Shown here in pieces: positions 38,283-50,212 of a stretch of 64,000 bases of DNA. The stretch spans positions 2,472,515-2,536,514 of the forward strand of contig OZ252282.1 of the NCBI GenBank assembly GCA_965250035.1, in the 5' to 3' direction. Numbering within the stretch: position 1 is the stretch's first letter; each line of letters begins with the position of its first letter. A model generated the notes under the pieces. The model ran no database searches. It was not told the origin of the DNA and saw only the letters and a program-made list of their open reading frames with translations. The stretch comes from Enterobacterales bacterium. Lineage in GTDB: Bacteria; Pseudomonadota; Gammaproteobacteria; Enterobacterales; GCA-2746155. Made by a program: the position numbers and the translations under genes.

Positions 38283-38967
38283 CTTTTGTAGTCTCCAAAA
38301 CCCACGCCAGATAATCTACGTTGCCATCAGAAATTGGAACAGTAATAATTTCTGGCACATCATTCGAGTGTTTGTCGATGATATATTTCTTGATCGCTTC
38401 CCGGTTCTGTATTGATGACTTGATGTGCAGTTGACACTCAGAAGTATCGACAATCTCACCCTGCCAGCGATAGATAGAACCAATATTTGCAATTATATTC
38501 ACACAGGCAGCCAATCCGACTTCAACCAGGCCACGTGCAATATCCCGTGCCTCATCACGATTAGTGCAATTACACAATGTCATATCGATGACTGGCCCGG
38601 TCTCTTGAGCTTCTGTCACCCTCTGTTCTACTACTGCTTCATCAGACTCATTGATCATGCTTCTCATGCGGCCGATAAGCGCCTCGAGTCGCTCTTTGTC
38701 TATGCCTTGCTCTACTTTTCCGAAGCCAAGGCAGTCCTCTATATCGAGCAAATTTAGAGTCAAATCTGCGAGGTGTTCTCTTCGACTATAGGATTTCACC
38801 GAATGTAGCTGTAGCATAATTGCTTTCTTTCTATCGTGTGGCAGGCCATCAGCGATCACTGATTCCAGTAAATCGATTAGTGTATCAATGTCGGGTTGTA
38901 CTGTTTCCATAGGTCTTTTTCGCAAAAAAAAGACCATTTTAGCAGATACCTTCCTGAACACCTGCAT
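38269..38967 (-). CDS. cutA: divalent-cation tolerance protein CutA with an unexplained N-terminal extension
   Basis: The C-terminal 104 aa (from ATG 38583, MTLCNCTNRDEARDIARGLVEVGLAACVNI...YRWQGEI...) form a full CutA1 domain. The frame stays open for 128 more codons upstream, with candidate ATGs at 38910, 38937 and 38967. The true start is uncertain. Confidence 0.75.
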   Translation of the reverse strand: MQVFRKVSAKMVFFLRKRPMETVQPDIDTLIDLLESVIADGLPHDRKKAIMLQLHSVKSYSRREHLADLTLNLLDIEDCLGFGKVEQGIDKERLEALIGRMRSMINESDEAVVEQRVTEAQETGPVIDMTLCNCTNRDEARDIARGLVEVGLAACVNIIANIGSIYRWQGEIVDTSECQLHIKSSIQNREAIKKYIIDKHSNDVPEIITVPISDGNVDYLAWVLETTKVEVH

Positions 38968-39040
38968 TCATTAGAGTAATACTCAGTTATGGTTGAAGCC
39001 AGTCTGAATCATCCCCACAATATAGAGTGTCTCCAACGGC

Positions 39041-39481
39041 ATGATGTTACAAATGCGACTTTTTTTTATTGCTCTACTTCTCATTCCTGCAATTGAGATT
39101 GGCTTGTTCATTGAAGCAGGATCACGTATCGGCACGTTGAATACGCTGTTGTTGATCATAGCAACGGCTATAATTGGATTAGCACTGATACGACAACAGG
39201 GCCTGCAGACCTTATTTCGTGCCAGAGACAAAATGGAACGCGGCGAGCCCCCAGCCTATGAAATGATCGAGGGGATGTGTTACGCCATTGCAGGGATTCT
39301 ATTACTAACTCCAGGATTCTTTACTGACAGCATTGGCTTCCTACTCCTTTTCCCTGTACTTAGACGAGTGCTAATTAGCAGGATCACGAAGATTAGCAAA
39401 ATACATCCGACTCCACCGCCTGCACCAACGTCACAAAGAACGATTGAAGGGGAATATAAGCATCGTGATAATAGTGATTAA
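39041..39481 (+). CDS. fxsA: FxsA family inner membrane protein
   Basis: Motifs PAIEIGLFIEAGSRIG..., LLLTPGFFTDSIGFLLLFP. It sits close to groES, as in E. coli. The start may be the third Met (MRLFF). Confidence 0.85.
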   Translation: MMLQMRLFFIALLLIPAIEIGLFIEAGSRIGTLNTLLLIIATAIIGLALIRQQGLQTLFRARDKMERGEPPAYEMIEGMCYAIAGILLLTPGFFTDSIGFLLLFPVLRRVLISRITKISKIHPTPPPAPTSQRTIEGEYKHRDNSD

Positions 39482-39556
39482 GTTACTGAATTTGTTGCTG
39501 ATTTCATAGCAATAGACAAATAACCCTAAAAATTCTGGGAAAAAAGTGTAACAACA

Positions 39557-39585
39557 CTTGAGAGCACCTTCAGAATCCCCATATA
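39557..39585 (+). promoter_or_regulatory. sigma-32 (heat-shock) promoter of groES-groEL
   Basis: CTTGAGA (39557-39563), 13 nt, then CCCCATATA (39577-39585), compared with the consensus CTTGAAA-N13/14-CCCCATnT. It lies about 75 nt upstream of the groES ATG. Confidence 0.78.
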
Positions 39586-39659
39586 TACGAGAACTTAAGC
39601 ACTGGAACGTAGAAATCTGGTGCTTTATCTATCAACAACATGAATCAGGAGAGGATCAA

Positions 39660-39947
39660 ATGAGCTTACGCCCATTACATGATCGCGTTATCGTCCGCAG
39701 AATGGAAGAAGAACGCACTTCAGCTGGTGGTATTGTCATTCCTGACAGCGCCACAGAAAAACCAAGCAAAGGTGAAGTTATTGCCACCGGTAACGGCAAA
39801 ATCTTAGACAACGGCGAAACACGACCACTCGATGTCAATGTCGGTGATAAGGTGCTTTTCGGCAAGTACTCCGGCAACGAAGTTAAAGTCGATGGTGAAG
39901 AGCTGCTTGTCATGCGTGAAGAAGACATCATGGCTGTAATCGAATAA
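39660..39947 (+). CDS. groES: co-chaperonin GroES
   Basis: ATG 39660 follows [26 protein letters not shown]..., 95 aa. The track start at 39558 lies inside the promoter. Confidence 0.97.
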   Translation: MSLRPLHDRVIVRRMEEERTSAGGIVIPDSATEKPSKGEVIATGNGKILDNGETRPLDVNVGDKVLFGKYSGNEVKVDGEELLVMREEDIMAVIE

Positions 39948-39975
39948 CAGCTGCCATTCACAATCCCTGAATTGA

Positions 39976-41643
<1,668 letters not shown>

Positions 41644-41668
41644 TCATAGCCTCGCATAAGAGCAAAAA

Positions 41669-41693
41669 GAAAGGGACCCTCGGGTCCCTTTTT
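41669..41693 (+). terminator. rho-independent terminator after groEL
   Basis: AAGGGACC-ctcg-GGTCCCTT followed by TTT, with an A-run upstream, so it could also serve the convergent coaD. Confidence 0.78.
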
Positions 41694-41739
41694 AATTGTT
41701 CACATTAACCTTCAACGCACTTATTTTATATTGACCGTA

Positions 41740-42222
<483 letters not shown>

Positions 42223-42336
42223 TCATTTTCAGTCTAATTTGTCACCATACTAAACCATCTCTTTTGAACGTCAAAGCATTTAATTCTTTTTAAACTCAAG
42301 GTATTATCATGATTGCGCAGTAAGGAAATACAAACT

Positions 42337-42624
42337 ATGACGATCAATAAGCGTCGATCGCCCCGGATCCCGATGAAACTCGAAGTAGAATTCGTTCATG
42401 AAGATGTCGGGCAACATTATCTGGTTACCAAAGATATTAGCGAGACAGGGATCTTCATCAATATCCCACCAGAGCAGCAACCGGCGGTCGGCACGATCGC
42501 TGATGTCAGATTGAAAGATAATTTTGCAGACGGTGAAGAGCCTCAGCAGCTAAAAATGCGCGTCGTACGACAAACTGAAAAAGGCATCGGTCTGGAATTT
42601 GTCAACGACGAGGAATCAGCCTAG
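42337..42624 (+). CDS. PilZ domain c-di-GMP-binding protein
   Basis: ATG 42337. RxxxR motif (RRSPRIP) and D/NxSxxG motif (DISETGIF). 95 aa. Confidence 0.8.
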   Translation: MTINKRRSPRIPMKLEVEFVHEDVGQHYLVTKDISETGIFINIPPEQQPAVGTIADVRLKDNFADGEEPQQLKMRVVRQTEKGIGLEFVNDEESA

Positions 42625-44166
42625 ACTGTTCAGTATCCTGTCACAGTTCCTGCGGATTAACGCATATATTGATAACTGTGGATTAACTCCCAACGAGGTT
42701 GGCATGAGTGAACCATCCATGACCCAAATATTCTCCATCAGGTGAATCTTGCCTTCACTGTTTGTCACGCCACGCCTCGGGTCATTACTCATGCCACATC
42801 CACCCATGACATGTGCACTAAATAGATTCAATTGGTGCTCCCTGAAATCCAAAGCATTTAACTGACCAAGAGCATCCTGGTGGCTTGAAGCCATTGTTGC
42901 TTGTAGGTGCATTGGCATAACCTGAGTGGCTCCTGCGGCAAACTGTATTTCCGCCATAGTTGCCAGGCTATGTTTTGCAGTGTTGAGCAATAACTCTGTG
43001 ACAGGGTAGTCCAATAATTCACGCTGATTACTATCCAACACAACCGCACCGCCTTGATCATCTGGACTAAAACCATCTCGAATCAATGCGATCATCACAT
43101 GTATGTGATTAAATTGCTGCATCAACTCACGATGAGGAGCGCCATGACCTGGCATGATGGTGGATGCGATCATTGGGTGTAATGGCGGCACTTCTAACTT
43201 ATATCCCGGCGAACCCGTCACACCATCTCGCCATAGAAAATGATCACTATAGATCGATTGCGGTGCGCCACTATAGGCGTTTACGACCTGAGGCATAATG
43301 GCAGCTGAGGCAACCGTTGGATGCAGGAATGTACGCTTACCAATTAAATGCTCAGGATCAGGTATATTTGAGCGGAGCAAGATTCCGGGCGAACCTATTG
43401 AGCCTGCAGCAAGAATCAGATACTTACATCGAAATCGCATGACCTTTGAAGGCATTGATTTGCCGTACTCATCCATTGCGACAATTTCAACACCATTGAT
43501 TTGTTGCTTATCATGGATAAGGCGGGTTACTCTCGCCCGACTGATCAAGTGCGCTCCTGACTCCAGTGCTGCAGGAATCGTTGTTACCAGCATGGATTGT
43601 TTGGCATTAATTGGACAACCTAAACCGCAATAGCCTAAATTTGCACAACTTTGAACATTTCGCGGTATCACATCAGTTGATATGTTGAGGGCTTCACAGC
43701 CGCGTTGCAAAAGTGCATTGTTTTCATTAGGAGGTATAGCCCAAGGCTTTATAGATAATGCCTGTTCTGATTGCTCAAACCATGGCGTTAATTCTTCTGA
43801 TGTAAGTTCAGTGAGTCCGAATTCACTGCGCCAATACTCTAGTACCCGGGAAGGCGTTCTAAAACTCGAGGTCCAGTTAACAGTCGTAGAACCACCAACA
43901 GAGCGCCCTTGCAGTATTGTGATGCCCTGTGACTTGGTCTTGCGTGCCGCAACATCCTGATATAGGTCGGGATACGCTTCCTGCTCGAGCATATTAAAGT
44001 CATCAGAGGTTCGGTAAGGTCCCTCTTCCAGAATCAAAACATCGAGTCCTGCACGGCTAAATTGTTCAGCACTAGTCGCCCCGCCTGCACCCGAGCCTAT
44101 GATAATTACGTCAAATGTGGTTTTGAATGTTTTCTCTAACTCAGGCGCAACATAGACTTTAGCCAT
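42616..44166 (-). CDS. GMC family FAD-dependent oxidoreductase (large subunit)
   Basis: N-terminal Rossmann motif FDVIIIGSGAGGATSA...LILEEG and a C-terminal GMC motif HVMGGCGM. 516 aa. Confidence 0.9.
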   Translation of the reverse strand: MAKVYVAPELEKTFKTTFDVIIIGSGAGGATSAEQFSRAGLDVLILEEGPYRTSDDFNMLEQEAYPDLYQDVAARKTKSQGITILQGRSVGGSTTVNWTSSFRTPSRVLEYWRSEFGLTELTSEELTPWFEQSEQALSIKPWAIPPNENNALLQRGCEALNISTDVIPRNVQSCANLGYCGLGCPINAKQSMLVTTIPAALESGAHLISRARVTRLIHDKQQINGVEIVAMDEYGKSMPSKVMRFRCKYLILAAGSIGSPGILLRSNIPDPEHLIGKRTFLHPTVASAAIMPQVVNAYSGAPQSIYSDHFLWRDGVTGSPGYKLEVPPLHPMIASTIMPGHGAPHRELMQQFNHIHVMIALIRDGFSPDDQGGAVVLDSNQRELLDYPVTELLLNTAKHSLATMAEIQFAAGATQVMPMHLQATMASSHQDALGQLNALDFREHQLNLFSAHVMGGCGMSNDPRRGVTNSEGKIHLMENIWVMDGSLMPTSLGVNPQLSIYALIRRNCDRILNSLG

Positions 44167-44171
44167 GTTAG

Positions 44172-44744
44172 TTATCCTTTCACTCGAAATAGAGCAGGTG
44201 GCCCGGGATAATTAATTTCAGACCAATTCTCTTGTTCACCATACCAGACAGCCATGAGCAGCTGCTTCACTCCGATGTAGGCAGTATTGAGGATATCGAG
44301 ACTCGAGGTTCGCCACTCTTTGAGAACCTGCTCAATGACTTGTTTGTCATCCTGCGTCCAAGGACTAAATCGGAAGGTCAAAATCAGACGCCCTAATTTA
44401 TTCCCTAAACTATCAAGCAATAGCAGTAAATCCTGTTGTTGTTGATCAGGTAAGTAAGCTATTGCTACATCGATTTTTGTCAGCCACTTAACCATGACCT
44501 GTTGATTTTGGAACTGCACATCGTCGATTATAACGAGCATCAATAAAGCCAGCATAGTGGCTTGTGAAGGAGACAAATAGCCTAGATTCAAATGCTTAAT
44601 GGTTGAGTTAATCTTAGTATCATCAATAATCAGGTAAGCACCGGCTGAAGTCAGACCGGTCGCTACGATGAAGGACTGGATAAGACGCCGGCGACTAATC
44701 AATGGGCGAAACCTGGCTATCAAACCACTGCGGAATCCTGTCAT
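44172..44744 (-). CDS. Tat-signal small subunit (gluconate 2-dehydrogenase subunit 3-like)
   Basis: Twin-arginine signal SRRRLIQSFIVATGLTSAGA, 5 nt upstream of the GMC gene. In-frame TTG 44702 (MISRRRL...) would reduce the overlap with the upstream hydrolase to 8 nt and may be the real start. Confidence 0.7.
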   Translation of the reverse strand: MTGFRSGLIARFRPLISRRRLIQSFIVATGLTSAGAYLIIDDTKINSTIKHLNLGYLSPSQATMLALLMLVIIDDVQFQNQQVMVKWLTKIDVAIAYLPDQQQQDLLLLLDSLGNKLGRLILTFRFSPWTQDDKQVIEQVLKEWRTSSLDILNTAYIGVKQLLMAVWYGEQENWSEINYPGPPALFRVKG

Positions 44745-45660
44745 CGAGATAACGCGTCAAATTGTTACGGATAAATCCTACGTGACCACCTTTGGCCGAT
44801 AATTCCAGTGTTACAGATTCTGCCAGGAGGTCGTCGCTCGGAATTGCATCAACAGTCATAAAGGGATCGTCCTGGGAATGTAGAATCAGAGTTGGTCTAC
44901 GTATCATACCCAGATACTGTGCACATGAGCAACGTTCATAGTACTCAGCTCCAGATGCAAAACCATGGATTGGTGCTGTGATCTGATCATCAAATTCAAC
45001 AAATGAATCAATCTGTGACAAGTCATGGTCAGTAATCCAGTCATAGTCTGGAAACATGGCTTTCTTTTGCCGCGTTTTACGTTTTAAATCACTAAGCAAG
45101 TACCACCGATAAAATCTAGAGAGTCCAACATCCAGGCGTCGTGCTGCATCGTCGAGACTGAAGGGAACCGATACCGCCATGGCAGCATCTATGAGACAGT
45201 TATCGCCTTGTTCTCCGAGGTACTTCAATAGGACATTGCCCCCTAGAGAAAAGCCTATAACAAAGAGCGGGCTTTTCAGTTCTAGCTGCTGCAATACAAA
45301 ATGAAGATCATCGGTATCACCGGAGTGATAACTACGGAGTAGCCTGTTCGGCGTTCCGCTACAACCGCGAAAGTGCATAACACCAATTCGCCAGGATGTA
45401 TTCAAATAATGTTTTAGAATGCTCTGGATGTAGCTGGACTCTATCGAACCTTCAAGTCCATGTAATACGATTAAGGCCGGCTGATCTGAATCTGAATCAT
45501 GGTTTAGCCAGTCGATATCGATAAAATCACCATCTGCCAACTCCAACCGTTGACGTAAGCAGGACACCCCTAACTTACGACTAATCCAGGAGCCAACAAT
45601 CGTCTGCACATGACAATTACTTAACCAGAATGGCGCTCTATAATTTGATTCAATGCGCAT
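44695..45660 (-). CDS. YheT-like alpha/beta hydrolase
   Basis: Motifs FWLSNCHVQTI, LIVLHGLEGS, nucleophile elbow GFSLGGN, and a C-terminal GGHVGF. 321 aa. Confidence 0.85.
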   Translation of the reverse strand: MRIESNYRAPFWLSNCHVQTIVGSWISRKLGVSCLRQRLELADGDFIDIDWLNHDSDSDQPALIVLHGLEGSIESSYIQSILKHYLNTSWRIGVMHFRGCSGTPNRLLRSYHSGDTDDLHFVLQQLELKSPLFVIGFSLGGNVLLKYLGEQGDNCLIDAAMAVSVPFSLDDAARRLDVGLSRFYRWYLLSDLKRKTRQKKAMFPDYDWITDHDLSQIDSFVEFDDQITAPIHGFASGAEYYERCSCAQYLGMIRRPTLILHSQDDPFMTVDAIPSDDLLAESVTLELSAKGGHVGFIRNNLTRYLDDRIPQWFDSQVSPID

Positions 45661-45685
45661 GGAGTGGATTTAACTTGCCAAGCGG

Positions 45686-46750
45686 CTATTGGTGAAAGTC
45701 TGGGCTCAAATCCCTTACGGCCTGAAGGAATACGCCGGCCTTCGCAGGATCCACGTATTGATGAATCCCATGACCCAAATTAAAAACATGTCCTGTTCCA
45801 GGCCCATAACTTTCGAGGATTGTTTTGACTTCAGCAACGATTCGCTCGTCGGTCGCATAAAGCATAGATGGATCCATGTTACCCTGCAATGCCACCTTGT
45901 CACCAACTCGTGACCGAGCATCTGACAAATCGGTTGTCCAATCAACGCCCAGACAGTCGCAACCAGTTTCGGCCATTGCCTCCAACCATTGACCGCCGTT
46001 TTTGGTAAACAGGGTTACCGGTACCTGCCTTCCTTCATTTTGACGAGTCAACTGACTGACAATTTGCTGCATGTAACGCAGCGAAAATTCTTTATAGTCA
46101 CGTGGAGATAAAATACCGCCCCAGGTATCAAATATCATCAGAGCCTGTGCACCCGCAGCAACCTGAGCATTCAGATATAGGACGACCGATTGTGCGATTG
46201 TATCGAGTAACTTATGCATCGTTGTCGGGTCACTGAACATCAGTCCTTTCACATGACGGTACTCTTTACTGCTTGACCCTTCCACCATGTAGGTCGCAAG
46301 CGTCCATGGGCTACCCGAAAATCCAATCAATGGAACCCTACCAGCAAGATTTTTCCTAATGGTCGTTACCGCATCTAATACGTATCGTAGCTTATCACTT
46401 GGATCAGGAATTGGCAGATTATTAACATCGGCCGGTGTTCTCACTGGATGATGAAACTTCGGTCCCTCGCCCACTTCAAAATAAAGGCCTAATCCCATCG
46501 CATCGGGAATAGTTAGAATATCTGAAAACAGGATGGCTGCATCTAATGGAAAGCGTTCTAGTGGCTGCAAGGTAACTTCGCAGGCAAGCTCAGGATTCAT
46601 GCAAAGATCCATGAAACTACCGGCTTGTTTCCTGGTTGCCTTATATTCTGGTAAATAACGACCAGCTTGTCGCATCATCCACACTGGCGTTCTATCAACA
46701 GGTTGTCTCAACGCGGCGCGCAGGTATCGATCATTTTTCAGTTCAATCAC
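45686..46750 (-). CDS. hemE: uroporphyrinogen decarboxylase
   Basis: Motif [15 protein letters not shown]. 354 aa. Confidence 0.97.
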   Translation of the reverse strand: MIELKNDRYLRAALRQPVDRTPVWMMRQAGRYLPEYKATRKQAGSFMDLCMNPELACEVTLQPLERFPLDAAILFSDILTIPDAMGLGLYFEVGEGPKFHHPVRTPADVNNLPIPDPSDKLRYVLDAVTTIRKNLAGRVPLIGFSGSPWTLATYMVEGSSSKEYRHVKGLMFSDPTTMHKLLDTIAQSVVLYLNAQVAAGAQALMIFDTWGGILSPRDYKEFSLRYMQQIVSQLTRQNEGRQVPVTLFTKNGGQWLEAMAETGCDCLGVDWTTDLSDARSRVGDKVALQGNMDPSMLYATDERIVAEVKTILESYGPGTGHVFNLGHGIHQYVDPAKAGVFLQAVRDLSPDFHQ

Positions 46751-46768
46751 AATTAGTCTCTATGTTAA

Positions 46769-48466
46769 CTATTCAGGGCCATTCACTGCGTTGCGTAGCT
46801 CTTCTTTCACCTTCGCAACAGACTTAATCCATGGCTTGTTTACAGCCAGTGAAGCAGGCAATGACTCTCTTTGAGAGTTCGCTTCGCTATAGTTTTCAAA
46901 TACACCCATCACCACGATCTGCCAGGGTTTACCATTCAACAAACTTCGATATGCAAGTAGATTCAGGCTCGCATTCTCCTGAAGTAAATTGGTTACTGCT
47001 TCTGGATTTGATAAGCCAGCAATCTGTACCACATAAAATGAATCATCGGCATCTAGCAACGATTGTTCAGCAGGACTATAAGCCGTCAAATCCGCCTGCG
47101 ATTGATCTGCTACCTCTGAGATTGCACCATCATCTAGTGAATCCGCTTGAGTTACGGGCTCAGTGTTCGCAACCTGAGACTGAGTAGTAAGAGATTCTTG
47201 CAATTCAGCTTGTTCTTCATTTACGACATCGGCGTCTGTTCGCTGGGTGCCTGGGGGTAGATCCGATACCCTCGGCTCATTCGACAATTCTTGGGCGATA
47301 ATTGGCGACTCACTTAACGACTCATCAGCCGGTACGGCATCAGTTGAGGCATCGCTAGTCGTCGGATTTGGTTGACTGACTTGTTCCGATTGAATAAGAG
47401 GTGCACTGTCCGATGATTGTCCTGATTCTGATATCTGAGTATCTGCTTGCCCTTGTGACGCATCAATCTCTTGCGTTTCGCCACTTTTATTCTCAGTTAT
47501 TTCAGCTTCTCTAATGGGTGATGAAACATCTATGACCTGATCGGTGACTGCTACTTCTGGTTGTGGAGGAAATAGCAGATTAGTTAGTTCATCCTGATAG
47601 AAAAAACCTCCGAGTACGCACAAGATAATGAGGGTTAATCCAGCGAACCAGTATCCCATCATCGAAACGCCACGCTCTTCTTCGTCTTCTTCCTCGATTA
47701 TCTCCTCTTCAGAGACTGAATCGATGAAGTCGAGAGCCCGATCTTGTAGCGTTGATAAGTTACCGTTGCCCAGTTTGACAATTTCATCAATCTCTTCGGC
47801 ATGCGCCTGATATCCCTCATTTGAGAGAATATGTTTAACCCAAAGCCGCGCCTCATCATCCCCTAGCTCAGGAATATCAATCGTATATATTCCGGTATCC
47901 GGCAACACACCTTTCGCAGTAGTTTCAATGCTGATATTCAGATCATGATTGGCAAATAATAATATCTTTAGAAAGGGGGAATCTTTCTCCTGTTCAGCAG
48001 CGGAAAGTTCACAAAGTTCCTGTACAACATCAACTGACAGCGTATCCGCATCATCAATAAGTAGCACACGATTCACGACAGACAACTCGATTTCCTGAAG
48101 ACTTTGCTGAAACTGAGCGTTATCAAGCACAGGCGTTGCAGTGGTCAGAAAGTCAGCCTGTATCGCTTGATAGAGTTGGTCGGTTGTTAACAGTGGTTGC
48201 GCCTGAATGAAGCACACATCACTCTCTTCTTTAATCTCTTCGACTAACTGCTCTAATAAATACGTCTTGCCGCAACCTCGTTCACCCAGGACTAATGTTA
48301 ATAAATTGCCAAACCGAGATAGGTGAACCAGCTTATCTTTGAGTGCCGCAACATGTTCTGCCTCGAATGGTTCCGGCTCACTAAATATGGGGGCATTGTC
48401 GATTCGCTCGTCAAACATCAAGCTATCAAAATCGAGATTTGCTTCTTTGTCTTTACTGGAATTCAT
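46769..48466 (-). CDS. DamX-like protein: ExeA-type AAA ATPase domain, TM, acidic low-complexity linker, C-terminal SPOR domain
   Basis: Walker A GERGCGKT, Walker B-like LLIDDAD, TM WFAGLTLIILCVLGGFFY, a roughly 190-aa D/E/Q/S/T-rich region, and a SPOR-like end (FYVVQIAGLSNPEAV...GKPWQIVVMGVF). It occupies the damX position after aroK-aroB. Confidence 0.8.
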   Translation of the reverse strand: MNSSKDKEANLDFDSLMFDERIDNAPIFSEPEPFEAEHVAALKDKLVHLSRFGNLLTLVLGERGCGKTYLLEQLVEEIKEESDVCFIQAQPLLTTDQLYQAIQADFLTTATPVLDNAQFQQSLQEIELSVVNRVLLIDDADTLSVDVVQELCELSAAEQEKDSPFLKILLFANHDLNISIETTAKGVLPDTGIYTIDIPELGDDEARLWVKHILSNEGYQAHAEEIDEIVKLGNGNLSTLQDRALDFIDSVSEEEIIEEEDEEERGVSMMGYWFAGLTLIILCVLGGFFYQDELTNLLFPPQPEVAVTDQVIDVSSPIREAEITENKSGETQEIDASQGQADTQISESGQSSDSAPLIQSEQVSQPNPTTSDASTDAVPADESLSESPIIAQELSNEPRVSDLPPGTQRTDADVVNEEQAELQESLTTQSQVANTEPVTQADSLDDGAISEVADQSQADLTAYSPAEQSLLDADDSFYVVQIAGLSNPEAVTNLLQENASLNLLAYRSLLNGKPWQIVVMGVFENYSEANSQRESLPASLAVNKPWIKSVAKVKEELRNAVNGPE

Positions 48467-48489
48467 TCTATGACCTCAATTCAATCAGA

Positions 48490-49572
48490 TTAAGCCATGG
48501 CACCAAACCTGCCCCAGAGTGATTCAATCGAACCAATATCATGCCAGGTTTGTATAACACTTTGCCCTATCCCTACTGGTAAAATCAACCGTAGTGTTTG
48601 TTCCTCATTCTTCTTATCCTTCATCATGGCCGCAATAAGCCGATCCACTGGCAAGCCATTTGATACGACAGTAGGTAATGCAAAGAAATCGATGAGTTCT
48701 TCTAACTGCGGATATAACTCAGAATCGCAGAGCTGTGCATCTATAGCAAGTTGCATAGCCATTAGCATACCAACCGCGACAGCTTCGCCATGGAGCCATT
48801 CGCCATAGCCAGCAACCTGCTCTATCGCATGGCCGAAGGTGTGTCCATAATTCAGTAGTGCACGCTGTCCACGTTCCCGTTCATCCTCTGCAACAACTTT
48901 CGCTTTAAATGAACAACATTGCAGTATCATTTGCTCCAGAATGACCGGGTCATGCTCTTTTATCGCATGCCGGTTTTGATATAACCAATTGAAAAAATCG
49001 TTTCCGGAGACAAAGCCATACTTGATAACTTCTGCCATACCAGCACTAAATTCGCGTGAAGGTAGCGATGTAAGAGTCGCCGGATCAATGAAAACTGACT
49101 CAGGTTGGTAAAATGCTCCAATCAGATTCTTACCCGCAGGATGGTTTATTGCCGTTTTCCCCCCAACCGAGGAATCTACCTGAGATAACAGGGTCGTGGG
49201 TATTTGAATTAATCGACAACCCCTGTGCAATGTGGCTGCAAGAAAGCCCGTCAAATCACCAATCACGCCACCACCAAGAGCAACTAGCAGGCTACTACGG
49301 TTAAAATTCGCCTCTAGTAATTGCGTCATTAGCTCCGAGTATACGTCGATACTCTTCGCCTGTTCAGAATCTGGTGCGATCAAAACCTTGACCTTGGATT
49401 GAGAAAATGACCGAATTACTTTATCGAGATACAGATCTGAGACTGTTTGATTAGTGATTATTGCCACTTGGCCTGCTGAAGCCAGATGAGATTTAAACGT
49501 CGCGTCGAACAGTCCATTCTCGACATAAATAGGATAGCTTCTTTGGCCTAGTTCAACGTCTAAATGATTCAC
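48490..49572 (-). CDS. aroB: 3-dehydroquinate synthase
   Basis: 360 aa. Motifs LGGGVIGDLTGF and GHTFGHAIE. Confidence 0.97.
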   Translation of the reverse strand: MNHLDVELGQRSYPIYVENGLFDATFKSHLASAGQVAIITNQTVSDLYLDKVIRSFSQSKVKVLIAPDSEQAKSIDVYSELMTQLLEANFNRSSLLVALGGGVIGDLTGFLAATLHRGCRLIQIPTTLLSQVDSSVGGKTAINHPAGKNLIGAFYQPESVFIDPATLTSLPSREFSAGMAEVIKYGFVSGNDFFNWLYQNRHAIKEHDPVILEQMILQCCSFKAKVVAEDERERGQRALLNYGHTFGHAIEQVAGYGEWLHGEAVAVGMLMAMQLAIDAQLCDSELYPQLEELIDFFALPTVVSNGLPVDRLIAAMMKDKKNEEQTLRLILPVGIGQSVIQTWHDIGSIESLWGRFGAMA

Positions 49573-49575
49573 TCA

Positions 49576-50094
49576 CTATCGCTCAATTTGCTCAATGATA
49601 TGCTTGGCAACCGATTTCACAGAGCTACGGTCAGTGGTGAATGTGTAATCAGCTATCTCAAGATAGAGGGGATCCCGCTCTTCCTTGAGAGATAGAAACA
49701 ATTCTTCTGGGTCATCAGCATTTTGAATGAGTGGTCGTTTTTTATCTCGGCGAGTGCGTTCTAATTGTTGTTCTATTGAGGTTTCTAAAAATAGCACGGT
49801 GCCTCTGGCGGCCAGAAAGTTTCGATTCTTTGGACTAATAATTGCGCCACCACCTGTGGCTAACACGATACCCTGTAATTGTGTTAATTCTTCGATGACA
49901 TCTTCTTCGCGTCGGCGGAAACCGTCTTCTCCCTCCAGATCGAAGATCCAGTCAATGTCAGCCCCCGTACGTTCTTCAATGACCTGATCAGTGTCTACAA
50001 AATCCATCTTAAGTTGTGAAGCCAGTTGCTTTCCAATTGAGGATTTGCCAGCCCCCATGGGACCAATTAAAAAGATATTTCGTTTGTTTTTCAT
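49576..50094 (-). CDS. aroK: shikimate kinase
   Basis: P-loop [15 protein letters not shown]. 172 aa. Confidence 0.95.
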   Translation of the reverse strand: MKNKRNIFLIGPMGAGKSSIGKQLASQLKMDFVDTDQVIEERTGADIDWIFDLEGEDGFRRREEDVIEELTQLQGIVLATGGGAIISPKNRNFLAARGTVLFLETSIEQQLERTRRDKKRPLIQNADDPEELFLSLKEERDPLYLEIADYTFTTDRSSVKSVAKHIIEQIER

Positions 50095-50159
50095 ATCGCT
50101 GTAGTTACTTTCAATGAAATAGTTTGCCGTACATAGTTCAGGTTACACGAGAGTAAACC

Positions 50160-50192
50160 AAAAAAGCCTGCACATTTTACAATGTGCAGGCT
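50160..50192 (-). terminator. rho-independent terminator after pilQ
   Basis: Minus-strand AGCCTGCACAT-tgtaaa-ATGTGCAGGCT followed by TTTTTT, 20 nt past the pilQ stop. It separates the pil operon from aroK. Confidence 0.8.
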
Positions 50193-50212
50193 ATATGCGC
50201 TATCCCTGATGC

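Noticed and set aside
38912-38935. 9-bp AT-rich hairpin (GGTCTTTTT/AAAAAGACC) upstream of the cutA domain.
   Set aside because: No U-run follows it on the strand where it would terminate anything, and no upstream gene needs a terminator there. It is recorded only as context for the cutA start problem.
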